32,000 bases of DNA from Nitratidesulfovibrio vulgaris str. Hildenborough (lineage in GTDB: Bacteria > Desulfobacterota > Desulfovibrionia > Desulfovibrionales > Desulfovibrionaceae). The notes under the pieces are model-generated. The model did no database searches, was not told the origin of the DNA, and saw nothing but the letters and a program-made list of their open reading frames with translations. Of the stretch, positions 18,395 to 26,186 are shown one piece after another. A program made the translations under genes and the position numbers. Position 1 is the stretch's first letter, and each line of letters begins with the position of its first letter. Location: positions 2,070,001 through 2,102,000 of the forward strand of contig NC_002937.3 in the NCBI RefSeq assembly GCF_000195755.1. Reading direction: 5' to 3'.

Positions 18395-18754
18395 CAAGGC
18401 ACTCCAGCATCAGCATTCTCATGCATTGCAAGCAGAAACATCATCAACACTACAAGCTTACTATATTATAAAATAAGTCTGACAAAAATAGAAATTACAA
18501 ACACCACACAGAATGGACAAAGCAATCCACTAACATCACAACTTCAATCAACTTAACATCATGCTAAAATAGGTATATCTAACATAAATACAATCTAAAT
18601 ATAATACATAATCTAAATTAATACAATATACAATACAACACTACATGCAATACAAGCTTAACACAAGAACAGACAAGACTAATATCTTCGAGAAAGTCTG
18701 TCTTGATGTAAACTGCCACACGACATTTCAATTTAATAAACAAGGACAACAAAA

Positions 18755-19102
18755 ATGCTTATCACTGATCGAAATATATACAGGAACTATACAGTACAGG
18801 CATACGAAGACAAACCAATTCGTACAGACATCATTGATGCGATTGTGAATCGCATTGAATATATGACTTCACGGTTTAGCAGAGTCCTCTTTATACGATT
18901 CGATCTGCACTACCCTATTGATTTCATAGCTCCTCATGACAATAGCCATCTGAGCAAATTTCTTAATAGCTTTACACGCTACTTGTCACGTGAAGGCATC
19001 GCCTTTCAATACGTCTGGGTACGGGAACAATCCAGAGAGAAACATCAGCATTATCACGTGATACTCCTCCTAAATGGCAACGTCACTTGCCATAGCTGGA
19101 AC
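18755..19102 (+). pseudogene. YagK/YfjJ (inovirus Gp2-type) family gene, 3'-truncated by the IS3-family element
   Basis: The product has ...RVLFIRFDLHYP...FQYVWVREQSREKHQHYHVILLLNG, typical of YfjJ/YagK. From 19103 on the reading frame continues into the IS inverted repeat. Confidence 0.6.
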
Positions 19103-19118
19103 TGTAAACCTCCCCAAG

Positions 19119-19967
19119 TTAGTGCCATCCAAAAGTAGAGACTTCCTTGGGTGAATTTTTCAGGAGGAACTCTGCCGGGGTCAAATCGCCAAGAGACTCA
19201 TGGGGTCGTTCCTCGTTGTACTGCCGCAGCCAGTTCTCCGTAATTTCCTTCACTTCTGTAAGGGATTTGAACAGATAGAAGTCCAGAACCTCTTCCCGAT
19301 AGGTCTTGTTGAACCGCTCAATGTACGAATTCTGTGTGGGCTTGCCTGGCTGGATGAACTCCAATGCCACGCCGTTTTTCTCGGCCCAGTCGGCCAGCAG
19401 CACCGAAATCAGCTCCGGCCCGTTATCCATTCTCAATTTGGCAGGCAGCCCGCGCCAAGCCACTATTCGGTCCAAAACTCGCAAGACTCGTGCCGCTGGC
19501 AAATTCGTATCAACTTCGATAGCCAAACACTCACGGCTGAAGTCGTCCAACACATTGAACGTCCTGAACCTTTGACCACTAGCCAATGCGTCATGCATGA
19601 AGTCAATGGACCAGCAGACATTTGCGCATGGCGGAACCGCCAGTGGTTGCGGGTTTCGCGAGGGCAGGCGCTTCTTGCCTTTGCGCCGAAGGTTCATCTT
19701 TAAAAGACAATATACCCGGTAGACGCGTTTATGGTTCCAGCGAAAACCGTGTCGGCGCAATACCGCGAACAGCTTGCCGAAACCGTAACGAGGATACCTG
19801 TCGGCCAGCCCCAGGAGCGCTTCAATGATCGGCGAATCATCTCTCGGTTTGAGCTCATACCGGTACACTGTCCGGCTAAGCCCCAGCGCAGCGCATGACC
19901 GCCGCTCACTGAGGCCATGCTCGCTGTGTATGAAATCCGCCAAATCGCGCTTCTCGGCTGGCCTCAA
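19119..19967 (-). CDS. IS3-family transposase OrfB (rve integrase core)
   Basis: 282 aa with WSIDFMHD..., LRMDNGPELIS, PGKPTQNSYIERFNKTYREE and YNEERPHESLG. Confidence 0.9.
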   Translation of the reverse strand: MRPAEKRDLADFIHSEHGLSERRSCAALGLSRTVYRYELKPRDDSPIIEALLGLADRYPRYGFGKLFAVLRRHGFRWNHKRVYRVYCLLKMNLRRKGKKRLPSRNPQPLAVPPCANVCWSIDFMHDALASGQRFRTFNVLDDFSRECLAIEVDTNLPAARVLRVLDRIVAWRGLPAKLRMDNGPELISVLLADWAEKNGVALEFIQPGKPTQNSYIERFNKTYREEVLDFYLFKSLTEVKEITENWLRQYNEERPHESLGDLTPAEFLLKNSPKEVSTFGWH

Positions 19968-20230
19968 AGCTTTTTTGCAATGACGTCCTTCAAGGCCTCG
20001 TTCTCGAGGCTGAGATTGGCGAACATGCGCTTGAGCTTGCTGTTCTCTTCTTCAAGTTCCTTGAGCCTGCGGATATCCGAAGCTTCCATGCCGCCGAACT
20101 TGGCCTTCCACTGGTAGTAGGTGGCTTGGCTCACGCCGTTTTCACGGCAGATATCAACGACCTTGCGACCGCCATCGGCTTCTTTCAAAATCCTGATGAT
20201 TTGGCTTTCAGAAAATCGAGATTTCTTCAT
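19964..20230 (-). CDS. IS3-family transposase OrfA (HTH)
   Basis: The ATG at 20230 follows GGAG. The product is MKKSRFSESQIIRILKEADGGRKVVDICRENGVSQATYYQWKAKFGGME... followed by a leucine-zipper-like tail. Confidence 0.85.
   Translation of the reverse strand: MKKSRFSESQIIRILKEADGGRKVVDICRENGVSQATYYQWKAKFGGMEASDIRRLKELEEENSKLKRMFANLSLENEALKDVIAKKL
19970..19976 (-). promoter_or_regulatory. A6G slippery heptamer for -1 programmed frameshift (OrfAB fusion)
   Basis: The minus strand reads AAAAAAG exactly in the orfA/orfB overlap, the classical IS3-family frameshift site. Confidence 0.6.
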
Positions 20231-20302
20231 TTTGCACTCCATGAGGCAATCTTGATCAGAAATCTCTATTTTTCAATGGACCTATTCTAGGGGAGGGCTA
20301 CA

Positions 20303-20436
20303 CTGTGAGGCCAAGGCCCAACGTCAGTAAATCGTTAGCTTCCACGGCTCCTTCCCTCCTGGGCAAAAGGAAAGGCTACGATGCGTCAGGAAGGAGAGTC
20401 AAGAAAGCTGATTTCCACGTCTCGCGGCGAGGAACC
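20303..20436 (-). repeat. 134-bp fragment of an ISL3-family element (terminal IR plus first ~25 codons of the transposase), identical to 25878-26011
   Basis: Base-by-base comparison shows 134/134 identity in direct orientation with 25878..26011. The fragment is cut on its inner side by the IS3 end at 20302. Confidence 0.9.
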
Positions 20437-20557
20437 CCAGAACCTTGGCGGGAATGGGTGGTTTTTCCTTGTTGATGGCGTAACCGCCAAAAATCAGGAC
20501 TCCAAATGTCAACGCGAGACAAAAAAAGAAAACAGCCTTTACCTTTGGACTTATCAT
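20437..20557 (-). pseudogene. 5' part of a small membrane-protein gene truncated at the ISL3 fragment
   Basis: The ATG at 20557 follows GGAGGG. The product is MISPKVKAVFFFCLALTFGVLIFGGYAINKEKPPIPAKVLG, after which the frame runs into ISL3-derived sequence. Confidence 0.35.
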
Positions 20558-20667
20558 TTCTGCCCTCCATTGAATCCAACACAAAATCTGATTGGAAGCC
20601 TCAACGAATCTTTAAAGCAGAGATCAGCTATTGATGAAAAAAAGGGGAGCCGAAGCCCCCCCTTCAT

Positions 20668-22329
20668 CTATTTACCCGCCATCATGGCCGCGATGTCATC
20701 CTGCACTGTTCCGATTGGTTTGATGTTGAAATTTTCAACCAGTACCTTGGCCACGTTCGGGGACAGGAATGCCGGAAGCGTGGGTCCGAGGCGGATTCCC
20801 TTCACACCTAAGAATAGGAGGGCCAGAAGCACGGCCACGGCCTTCTGCTCGTACCAGGCGATATCGTAAGATACGGGCAGATCGTTGATGTCATCCAGGC
20901 CGAAGACTTCTTTGAGTTTCAGAGCAATGACGGCCAGGGAATAGGAATCGTTGCACTGCCCTGCGTCCAGCACACGTGGAATGCCACCGATGTCACCGAG
21001 ATTCAGTTTGTTATAGCGGTACTTGGCGCAACCGGCCGTCAAGATCACGGTGTCCTTGGGCAAATTTTCGGCCACTTCAGTGTAATAGGAACGAGACTTC
21101 TGCCGACCGTCACACCCGGCCATGACCACAAAGCGCTTGATCGCGCCGGACTTGACAGCCTCAACCACCTTGTCGGCCAAGGCTAGTACCTGATGATGGG
21201 CGAAACCGCCGACGATGCTACCAGTCTCGATCTCAACGGGCGGAGGACATTTCTTGGCCTGTGCGATCAGCGCCGAGAAATCCTTGGCTCCTCCCGCAGG
21301 CCGGTCAGCGATGTGCTTGGCCCCTTCATACCCAACCACGCCAGTGGTGTAGAGACGGTCCAGATAGGTGTTCTCTTTTTTGAGCGGCACCAGACAGTTT
21401 GTGGTCAGCAGGATGGGGCCGTTGAAGGACTCGAATTCGGGATTCTGCTGCCACCAGGAACCGCCGTAGTTCCCCACGAAATGCGGGTACTTCTTGAACG
21501 CCGGATAATAGTTGGCGGGAAGCATTTCGCCGTGGGTGTAAACGTCCACGCCTGTGCCCTCGGTCTGCTTCAGCAACTCGGCCATATCCTTCAGGTCATG
21601 GCCGCTGATGAGGATGCCGGGGTTCTTGCCCACGCCGATGTTGACCTGGGTGATTTCCGGGTTGCCGTAGGTAGTGGTGTTGGCCTCGTCCAGCAGGGCC
21701 ATGGTGGTTACGGCCATGCCGCCGGCCTTCATGACCAGCGCGACCATTTCATCCACGGACAAATCCTTGGTCGTTGAAGCCAGGGCCTCAAGCATGAATT
21801 CGTCGATTTCGGTCTTGCGAAAGCCCAGTACAGCAGCGTGCTCGGCATAGGCCGCGACACCTTTCAGACCGATTATGAGCAGTTCGCGCAAAGAACGCAC
21901 ATCTTCGTTCTCAGTTGCCAGAATGCCTACGCTCTTGGCCTTTTCAGCAAAAGCGGTAGAGTCCCCAGTCCAAGTCGCGGCTTCGGGCAACGGCTCGCTG
22001 AAATCTTTGCCATTTTTTGCCTTGTAAACAGCCAGAAAAGCATTTCTCAACTTGTCACGCCGAGCCAAGCCTTCCGATATCATAGCCTCAAATCGGGCAT
22101 CATCCCAGTTAGCATTGGTGATGGTCGCAAATAATCCCTGGAGCACGAAGTCGTCATTAGAGCGGTCCGGCTGTCCCAACTCCTTTAATTTTTCGCCATA
22201 AATGGCGATGCCACGCAGCACAAAAATGAGCAGATCCTGCAAATTGGCGGTTTCTTCCGGCTTGCCGCACATACCTTTGACCGTGCATCCCGTATTCTTC
22301 GCTGTTTCCTGACACTGGAAGCAAAACAT
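20668..22329 (-). CDS. hcp: hybrid cluster protein / hydroxylamine reductase
   Basis: 553 aa with the N-terminal Cys cluster [23 protein letters not shown] and full-length prismane-protein colinearity. AAGGAGG precedes the ATG. Confidence 0.95.
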   Translation of the reverse strand: MFCFQCQETAKNTGCTVKGMCGKPEETANLQDLLIFVLRGIAIYGEKLKELGQPDRSNDDFVLQGLFATITNANWDDARFEAMISEGLARRDKLRNAFLAVYKAKNGKDFSEPLPEAATWTGDSTAFAEKAKSVGILATENEDVRSLRELLIIGLKGVAAYAEHAAVLGFRKTEIDEFMLEALASTTKDLSVDEMVALVMKAGGMAVTTMALLDEANTTTYGNPEITQVNIGVGKNPGILISGHDLKDMAELLKQTEGTGVDVYTHGEMLPANYYPAFKKYPHFVGNYGGSWWQQNPEFESFNGPILLTTNCLVPLKKENTYLDRLYTTGVVGYEGAKHIADRPAGGAKDFSALIAQAKKCPPPVEIETGSIVGGFAHHQVLALADKVVEAVKSGAIKRFVVMAGCDGRQKSRSYYTEVAENLPKDTVILTAGCAKYRYNKLNLGDIGGIPRVLDAGQCNDSYSLAVIALKLKEVFGLDDINDLPVSYDIAWYEQKAVAVLLALLFLGVKGIRLGPTLPAFLSPNVAKVLVENFNIKPIGTVQDDIAAMMAGK

Positions 22330-22403
22330 AGTGACCTCCTTTATAATTACTGTTGCCGATCGCGTGACAATGCACGCACCTCAAATCGATACTAGAAAAA
22401 AAA

Positions 22404-23579
22404 CTACCTCTGAAAGCCGCTTTCCTTGTGCTTGGCGGCAATGGCATCCGCCAGACGATCCAGGGCACCGTACGTGTCGTCTGTGGGCAACCCCTTACAC
22501 AGCACAGGATCCAGCACCTCGACCTTCAGATTGGGAATCATGCCGGCCAGAGTTTCCACTGTCTTGCCGCCCCAGCCGTATGAACCGACTATGGACAGAT
22601 ATTTGGCCTTGGGCCGCAGGGCGTTGGCCAAAAATGCCGCGTAGGCGGCCATGGGATGCGGACCGGCAAGCACTGTGGGGGTGCCGAGCACGATGGTGCC
22701 CGCATCCACGAGGGACATAGCCAGCTTGCCGATGTCGGTCACGGCAAGGTTAAAGAGTTCCACCCTCACATCGCGTTCGGACAAAGCTGCCGCCAAGTGG
22801 TCGACCATGAGCCTAGTGCTGCCGTGCATGGACACGAAGGGAAAGGCCACCAGGTTGTGCGCCACGCCTGAAACCCAGTCCCTGTAGGCGTCAATGATCC
22901 AGCCGGGGCTGTCGTAAATCTGGCCGTGGCTGGGGGCGATCATGCGTATGTCATAGGGGCCGAGTTTTTCCAGGTTCTTGGCGATTATGGTCCTAAACGG
23001 CATCATGATCTCGCCGAAATAGCGTTTTGCCGCTTCATGTACCCGGCCTTGATCGCGCACAAAGAGATCGCTCGTTGCGATGTGCGAGCCAAAAAAGTCG
23101 CAACTGAACAGAATCTTGTCTTCGGCCAAGTAGGTGGACATGGTTTCCGGCCAGTGCACCCAAGGCGTGAGAATGAATGTGAGCGTCTTGTCGCCAAGGG
23201 AAAGGGTTTCGCCATCCCCGACAACGATGAATTTGTCGTCGGGGATGAGCAAAAGATCCATGAGCATAGACTTGGCCTTGGCGTTGGTGACGACCTTGGC
23301 CTCAGGGTACAGGTCCAGCACCAGGGCAATGGTCCCGGAATGATCCTGCTCCGCATGCTGGGATATTACGTAATCAAGCTTTTCCACCCCATCCAGATGC
23401 CCAAGTAACGTATCGACCATATCCGGGTCCACGGCGTCGATGAGAGCGGTCTTCTCGCTGCCTTCCACGAGATAGGCGTTGTAGGTTGTCCCATCGGGGA
23501 GCGGAACCAAGGAGTCGAACAGACGCCTGTCCCAATCCACTGCACCAACCCAATACACTGATTCTACAATTTTTCTCAT
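22404..23579 (-). CDS. roo: FprA-family flavodiiron protein (rubredoxin:oxygen oxidoreductase-like)
   Basis: 391 aa. The metallo-beta-lactamase-like part carries the diiron motif ISQHAEQDHSG, followed by a C-terminal flavodoxin-like domain. The start codon overlaps the upstream stop (ATGA). Confidence 0.9.
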   Translation of the reverse strand: MRKIVESVYWVGAVDWDRRLFDSLVPLPDGTTYNAYLVEGSEKTALIDAVDPDMVDTLLGHLDGVEKLDYVISQHAEQDHSGTIALVLDLYPEAKVVTNAKAKSMLMDLLLIPDDKFIVVGDGETLSLGDKTLTFILTPWVHWPETMSTYLAEDKILFSCDFFGSHIATSDLFVRDQGRVHEAAKRYFGEIMMPFRTIIAKNLEKLGPYDIRMIAPSHGQIYDSPGWIIDAYRDWVSGVAHNLVAFPFVSMHGSTRLMVDHLAAALSERDVRVELFNLAVTDIGKLAMSLVDAGTIVLGTPTVLAGPHPMAAYAAFLANALRPKAKYLSIVGSYGWGGKTVETLAGMIPNLKVEVLDPVLCKGLPTDDTYGALDRLADAIAAKHKESGFQR

Positions 23580-24648
23580 TTTTTTCTCCCATACTGAATT
23601 TTAGTATCAAAAATTACAGACTTGTTTCTTCCAGTTCTTTTAGCTTCATACAAAGCTTTGTCAGCTTGATTATAACAATCAGAATGACTCATTCCATCTG
23701 TATACACAGAAGCGCCTATGCTAATCGTTATCTTGGACTTGTCTTTGGAAAATTCTTTTTCCACTACACTCCGAATTTTTTCAGCCAAAAGTAACGCGCT
23801 TTCGTGATCTGTCTCGGGTGACAAAACAGCAAATTCTTCCCCCCGATCCGGTAGAAAAAGTCTGTCTTTCTGATACATTGCCTGACCGTCCCTGCCATTT
23901 TTTTAAGAACCCTGTCTCCTTCTGTATGCCCTAAAGAATCGTTAACTTTTTTAAAATGATCTATGTCCATTATGAGCAATGAAAACTCCCTCTTGTTTCT
24001 CTCATATCTGTCTATTTCTTCTTTGATATCCAGGTCAAATTGACTCCTGTTATAAACAGACGTCAAACTGTCATGGCAGGAGCTATGCTCGACTTTTTGT
24101 ACAAAAATCTTCGATATCAAATAGAAAATGAATGACGAGCCAAAAAGGAAGAAAACATAATAGTATAGTTTTTTGATATTTGAAGTTTTACGATCTGATC
24201 CAATAACTTTCCTCAACATGAGAGAATTAGAACCACTCCAAATAGATTCACTCATTAATGACAGTTCTTGTAAAAATTGCTGCTGTCCAGCCCTGTTTTT
24301 ATACAAAACATCCTTAAATGCATTCCATTCACCATAAAGACTCTTAAAAGGCTGATATATCTCTGGGTCAAACCTAAATTCAGCCGCCTTGCCATCAGCA
24401 ACGTAAATAGCAAATATTTTATCCACCTCGCTAATAGAGAAATCAGCACTATCAATATTTTTAAGCAATTCAAATTTCAGAATTCTTTGTGTCGACCCAC
24501 GAATAAAACCTATGTTGCTAATAAGCTTGGCATCGCGCTCCAACGAAGAATGAATCGAATATATACTCCACACAATAAAAATATTAATAATAAAAAGAAT
24601 TAACGAAAAAAAAGATATCAGCTTTGATGCGAAAAGTTTTTTCATCAA
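23576..24648 (-). pseudogene. membrane sensor diguanylate cyclase (GGDEF), frameshifted in a G6 run inside the GGEEF codons
   Basis: ORFs 23764..24648 and 23576..23878 overlap in different frames. They join at the C6 run 23839-23844 (G6 on the coding strand). One extra G reads ...KTDFFYRIGGEEFAVLSPETDHES.... The N-terminus has 2 TM segments and a periplasmic helical region. Confidence 0.8.
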
Positions 24649-24663
24649 TCCCTCACGTTTTTA

Positions 24664-26011
24664 GGGTCTTCGACGTTAGCTGTGGAATTCACGCCTCCAA
24701 GAGTTGGGTGATGGGCGCTCCGATCAGGTAGATCATGGTGATGAAGGTTGTTACGTTCCGATACCCTCTGGCCCGCGAGCGAGCAGCCTGAAAGAGGCCA
24801 TTGAGCCCTTCCAAGCGAGCATTGGAAAGCAAGGAGTCCCATCTTCTCAATATTCGAGGCAAATGATCCTCGAACGTGTTCAGCGCCTTGCGTACCGGTG
24901 CGAGCAGAACCGAATCCCCGGCAAGTTCCCGAGCGAATTCGAAAAACCGCGTTGCTCGCCATCGCGCACCCTGCCTGGTGTCAGCTTTGCGCACCCACCG
25001 CAGCAGTTCCTTCACCCGAAACGCGGTGGCTGTCGCCAATCCACGTTCCTCCAACTCCTTGAGCGCCGCGACCTGCTCCTCGATACGCCAAGTTTCCAGG
25101 CCCTTGAGAACCGCCCACCGGGCAGCCTTGGGAAGTATGACCTCTCTGGCTTCCAGACGCCTGACCTCGTCGAGGGCTTTGGTGAAAATCTGAACCACAT
25201 GGAACCAGTCCACGGTTACAGCGGCATTTCTGAAGGTCGCCTCGGCCGCCGACAGAAAAGCTGGTGACATGTCGCAGACCACCTCGACCACGTTCTCCGG
25301 ATTGCCCTGACGCCCTTTGAGGTACGCGGCAAAGGTCTTGAGGCATTCCTTGCCTTTGCCTGGAGTCGCGAAGACCACCGGGCGGCTTTCCCGGTCCATG
25401 TCCACGAAGATGGTGACGTAATGATGGCCACGCTTGGTTGCCGTTTCGTCAAGGCCGATTCCGCACAGTCGGCTGAGATCAAGCTTGCCCATGCCCTTCA
25501 AGACGTAGTGCGTCACGACCCGCCATATCCGCTTGTCGGTGACGCCGACGTAACGCGCCACGGCGTTGACCGGCATCTCTCGGGCAAGAAGCATGACCGC
25601 TTGCTCGAAAAGCAGGGTGAACCCGCTGCCAGGCCGTGCCCATGGGACATTGACGCGCTTGAGGCCATGTTCCGGGCATCTCACTCGGGGGACACGGGCC
25701 TTGATCAGGCAGTGATGCTGGAAGAAGTTGAGATGCCGCCAGCTGAACTCAGCGAAATCATGGGCCTTACACAACGCACCGCACGCCGGGCAAGGGTAGC
25801 GCTCACCTCTCGCGGCCTCGACCTCAAGGCGAAGTTCGCTTGGCTGCTTTGAAAGGTCCAGAGACTGGTCCACGACTCGCCAGGGAGCTGTGAGGCCAAG
25901 GCCCAACGTCAGTAAATCGTTAGCTTCCACGGCTCCTTCCCTCCTGGGCAAAAGGAAAGGCTACGATGCGTCAGGAAGGAGAGTCAAGAAAGCTGATTTC
26001 CACGTCTCGCG
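24664..26011 (-). mobile_element. ISL3-family insertion sequence (1348 bp)
   Basis: Terminal IRs are GGGTCTTCGACGTTAGCTGTGGAATTCA (24664-24691) and GGTTCCTCGCCGCGAGACGTGGAAATCA (reverse complement of 25984-26011), matching at 20/28. The transposase stop lies inside the IR. The 8-bp flanks are only partly alike (cgttttta versus agttttct). Confidence 0.8.
24689..25951 (-). CDS. ISL3-family transposase
   Basis: 420 aa with a zinc-ribbon-like CPACG...CPEHG, then GIGLDETATKRGHHYVTIFVDMD and VCDMSPAFLSAAEATFRNAAVTVDWFHVVQ. Confidence 0.9.
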   Translation of the reverse strand: MPRREGAVEANDLLTLGLGLTAPWRVVDQSLDLSKQPSELRLEVEAARGERYPCPACGALCKAHDFAEFSWRHLNFFQHHCLIKARVPRVRCPEHGLKRVNVPWARPGSGFTLLFEQAVMLLAREMPVNAVARYVGVTDKRIWRVVTHYVLKGMGKLDLSRLCGIGLDETATKRGHHYVTIFVDMDRESRPVVFATPGKGKECLKTFAAYLKGRQGNPENVVEVVCDMSPAFLSAAEATFRNAAVTVDWFHVVQIFTKALDEVRRLEAREVILPKAARWAVLKGLETWRIEEQVAALKELEERGLATATAFRVKELLRWVRKADTRQGARWRATRFFEFARELAGDSVLLAPVRKALNTFEDHLPRILRRWDSLLSNARLEGLNGLFQAARSRARGYRNVTTFITMIYLIGAPITQLLEA

Positions 26012-26186
26012 GCGAGGAACCAGTTTTCTTTTCAATTGAACGGAACAGGTTGGAAAGCGTTGATTTGCCGGTGCCATTCCAGCCATAGAACAGATTCTTC
26101 TCCTTGAAATCCAGCAGGTCCAGGGGCCAGACGAACCCACGGAAGATCCGATGGCTTTTGATTTTGCTTATCCGTTCAATGGTCAT
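26012..26186 (-). pseudogene. N-terminal 55-56 codons of a P-loop AAA ATPase (AAA_13 / PrrC-RloC-like start), truncated by ISL3
   Basis: The product is MTIERISKIKSHRIFRGFVWPLDLLDFKEKNLFYGWNGTGKSTLSNLFRSIEKKT, after which the ISL3 inverted repeat begins at 26011. The start overlaps the brxL stop by 11 nt. Confidence 0.6.

Larger units (their letters stand above)
19103..20302 (-). mobile_element. IS3-family insertion sequence (IS407-group-like), 1200 bp, no target-site duplication
   Basis: Inverted repeats are TGTAAACCTCCCCAAG... at 19103 and TGTAGCCCTCCCCTAG... (reverse complement) ending at 20302. 13 of the first 16 positions are identical and similarity continues to about 44 nt. The element holds an orfA/orfB pair. 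The flanks differ (gaac versus ctgt). Confidence 0.85.

Noticed and set aside
18398-18754. Possible CRISPR array or tandem-repeat locus in the AT-rich spacer
   Set aside because: There are only two short adjacent imperfect repeats. There is no regular repeat-spacer periodicity and there are no cas genes.
21193-21777. ORF 21193..21777 (+, 194 aa)
   Set aside because: It is antisense to hcp and is a shadow ORF.
22362-22377. Inverted repeat GCGTG-N6-CACGC upstream of hcp as an HcpR/CRP-FNR-type operator
   Set aside because: It does not match the TTGTGA-N6-TCACAA type consensus I recall for HcpR. It lies only about 33-48 nt from the start codon, and a 5-bp repeat is easily a chance occurrence.
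25971-26011. The last 13 codons of the 71-aa ORF 25971..26186
   Set aside because: This part is read from the ISL3 inverted repeat and is not part of the original ATPase gene.
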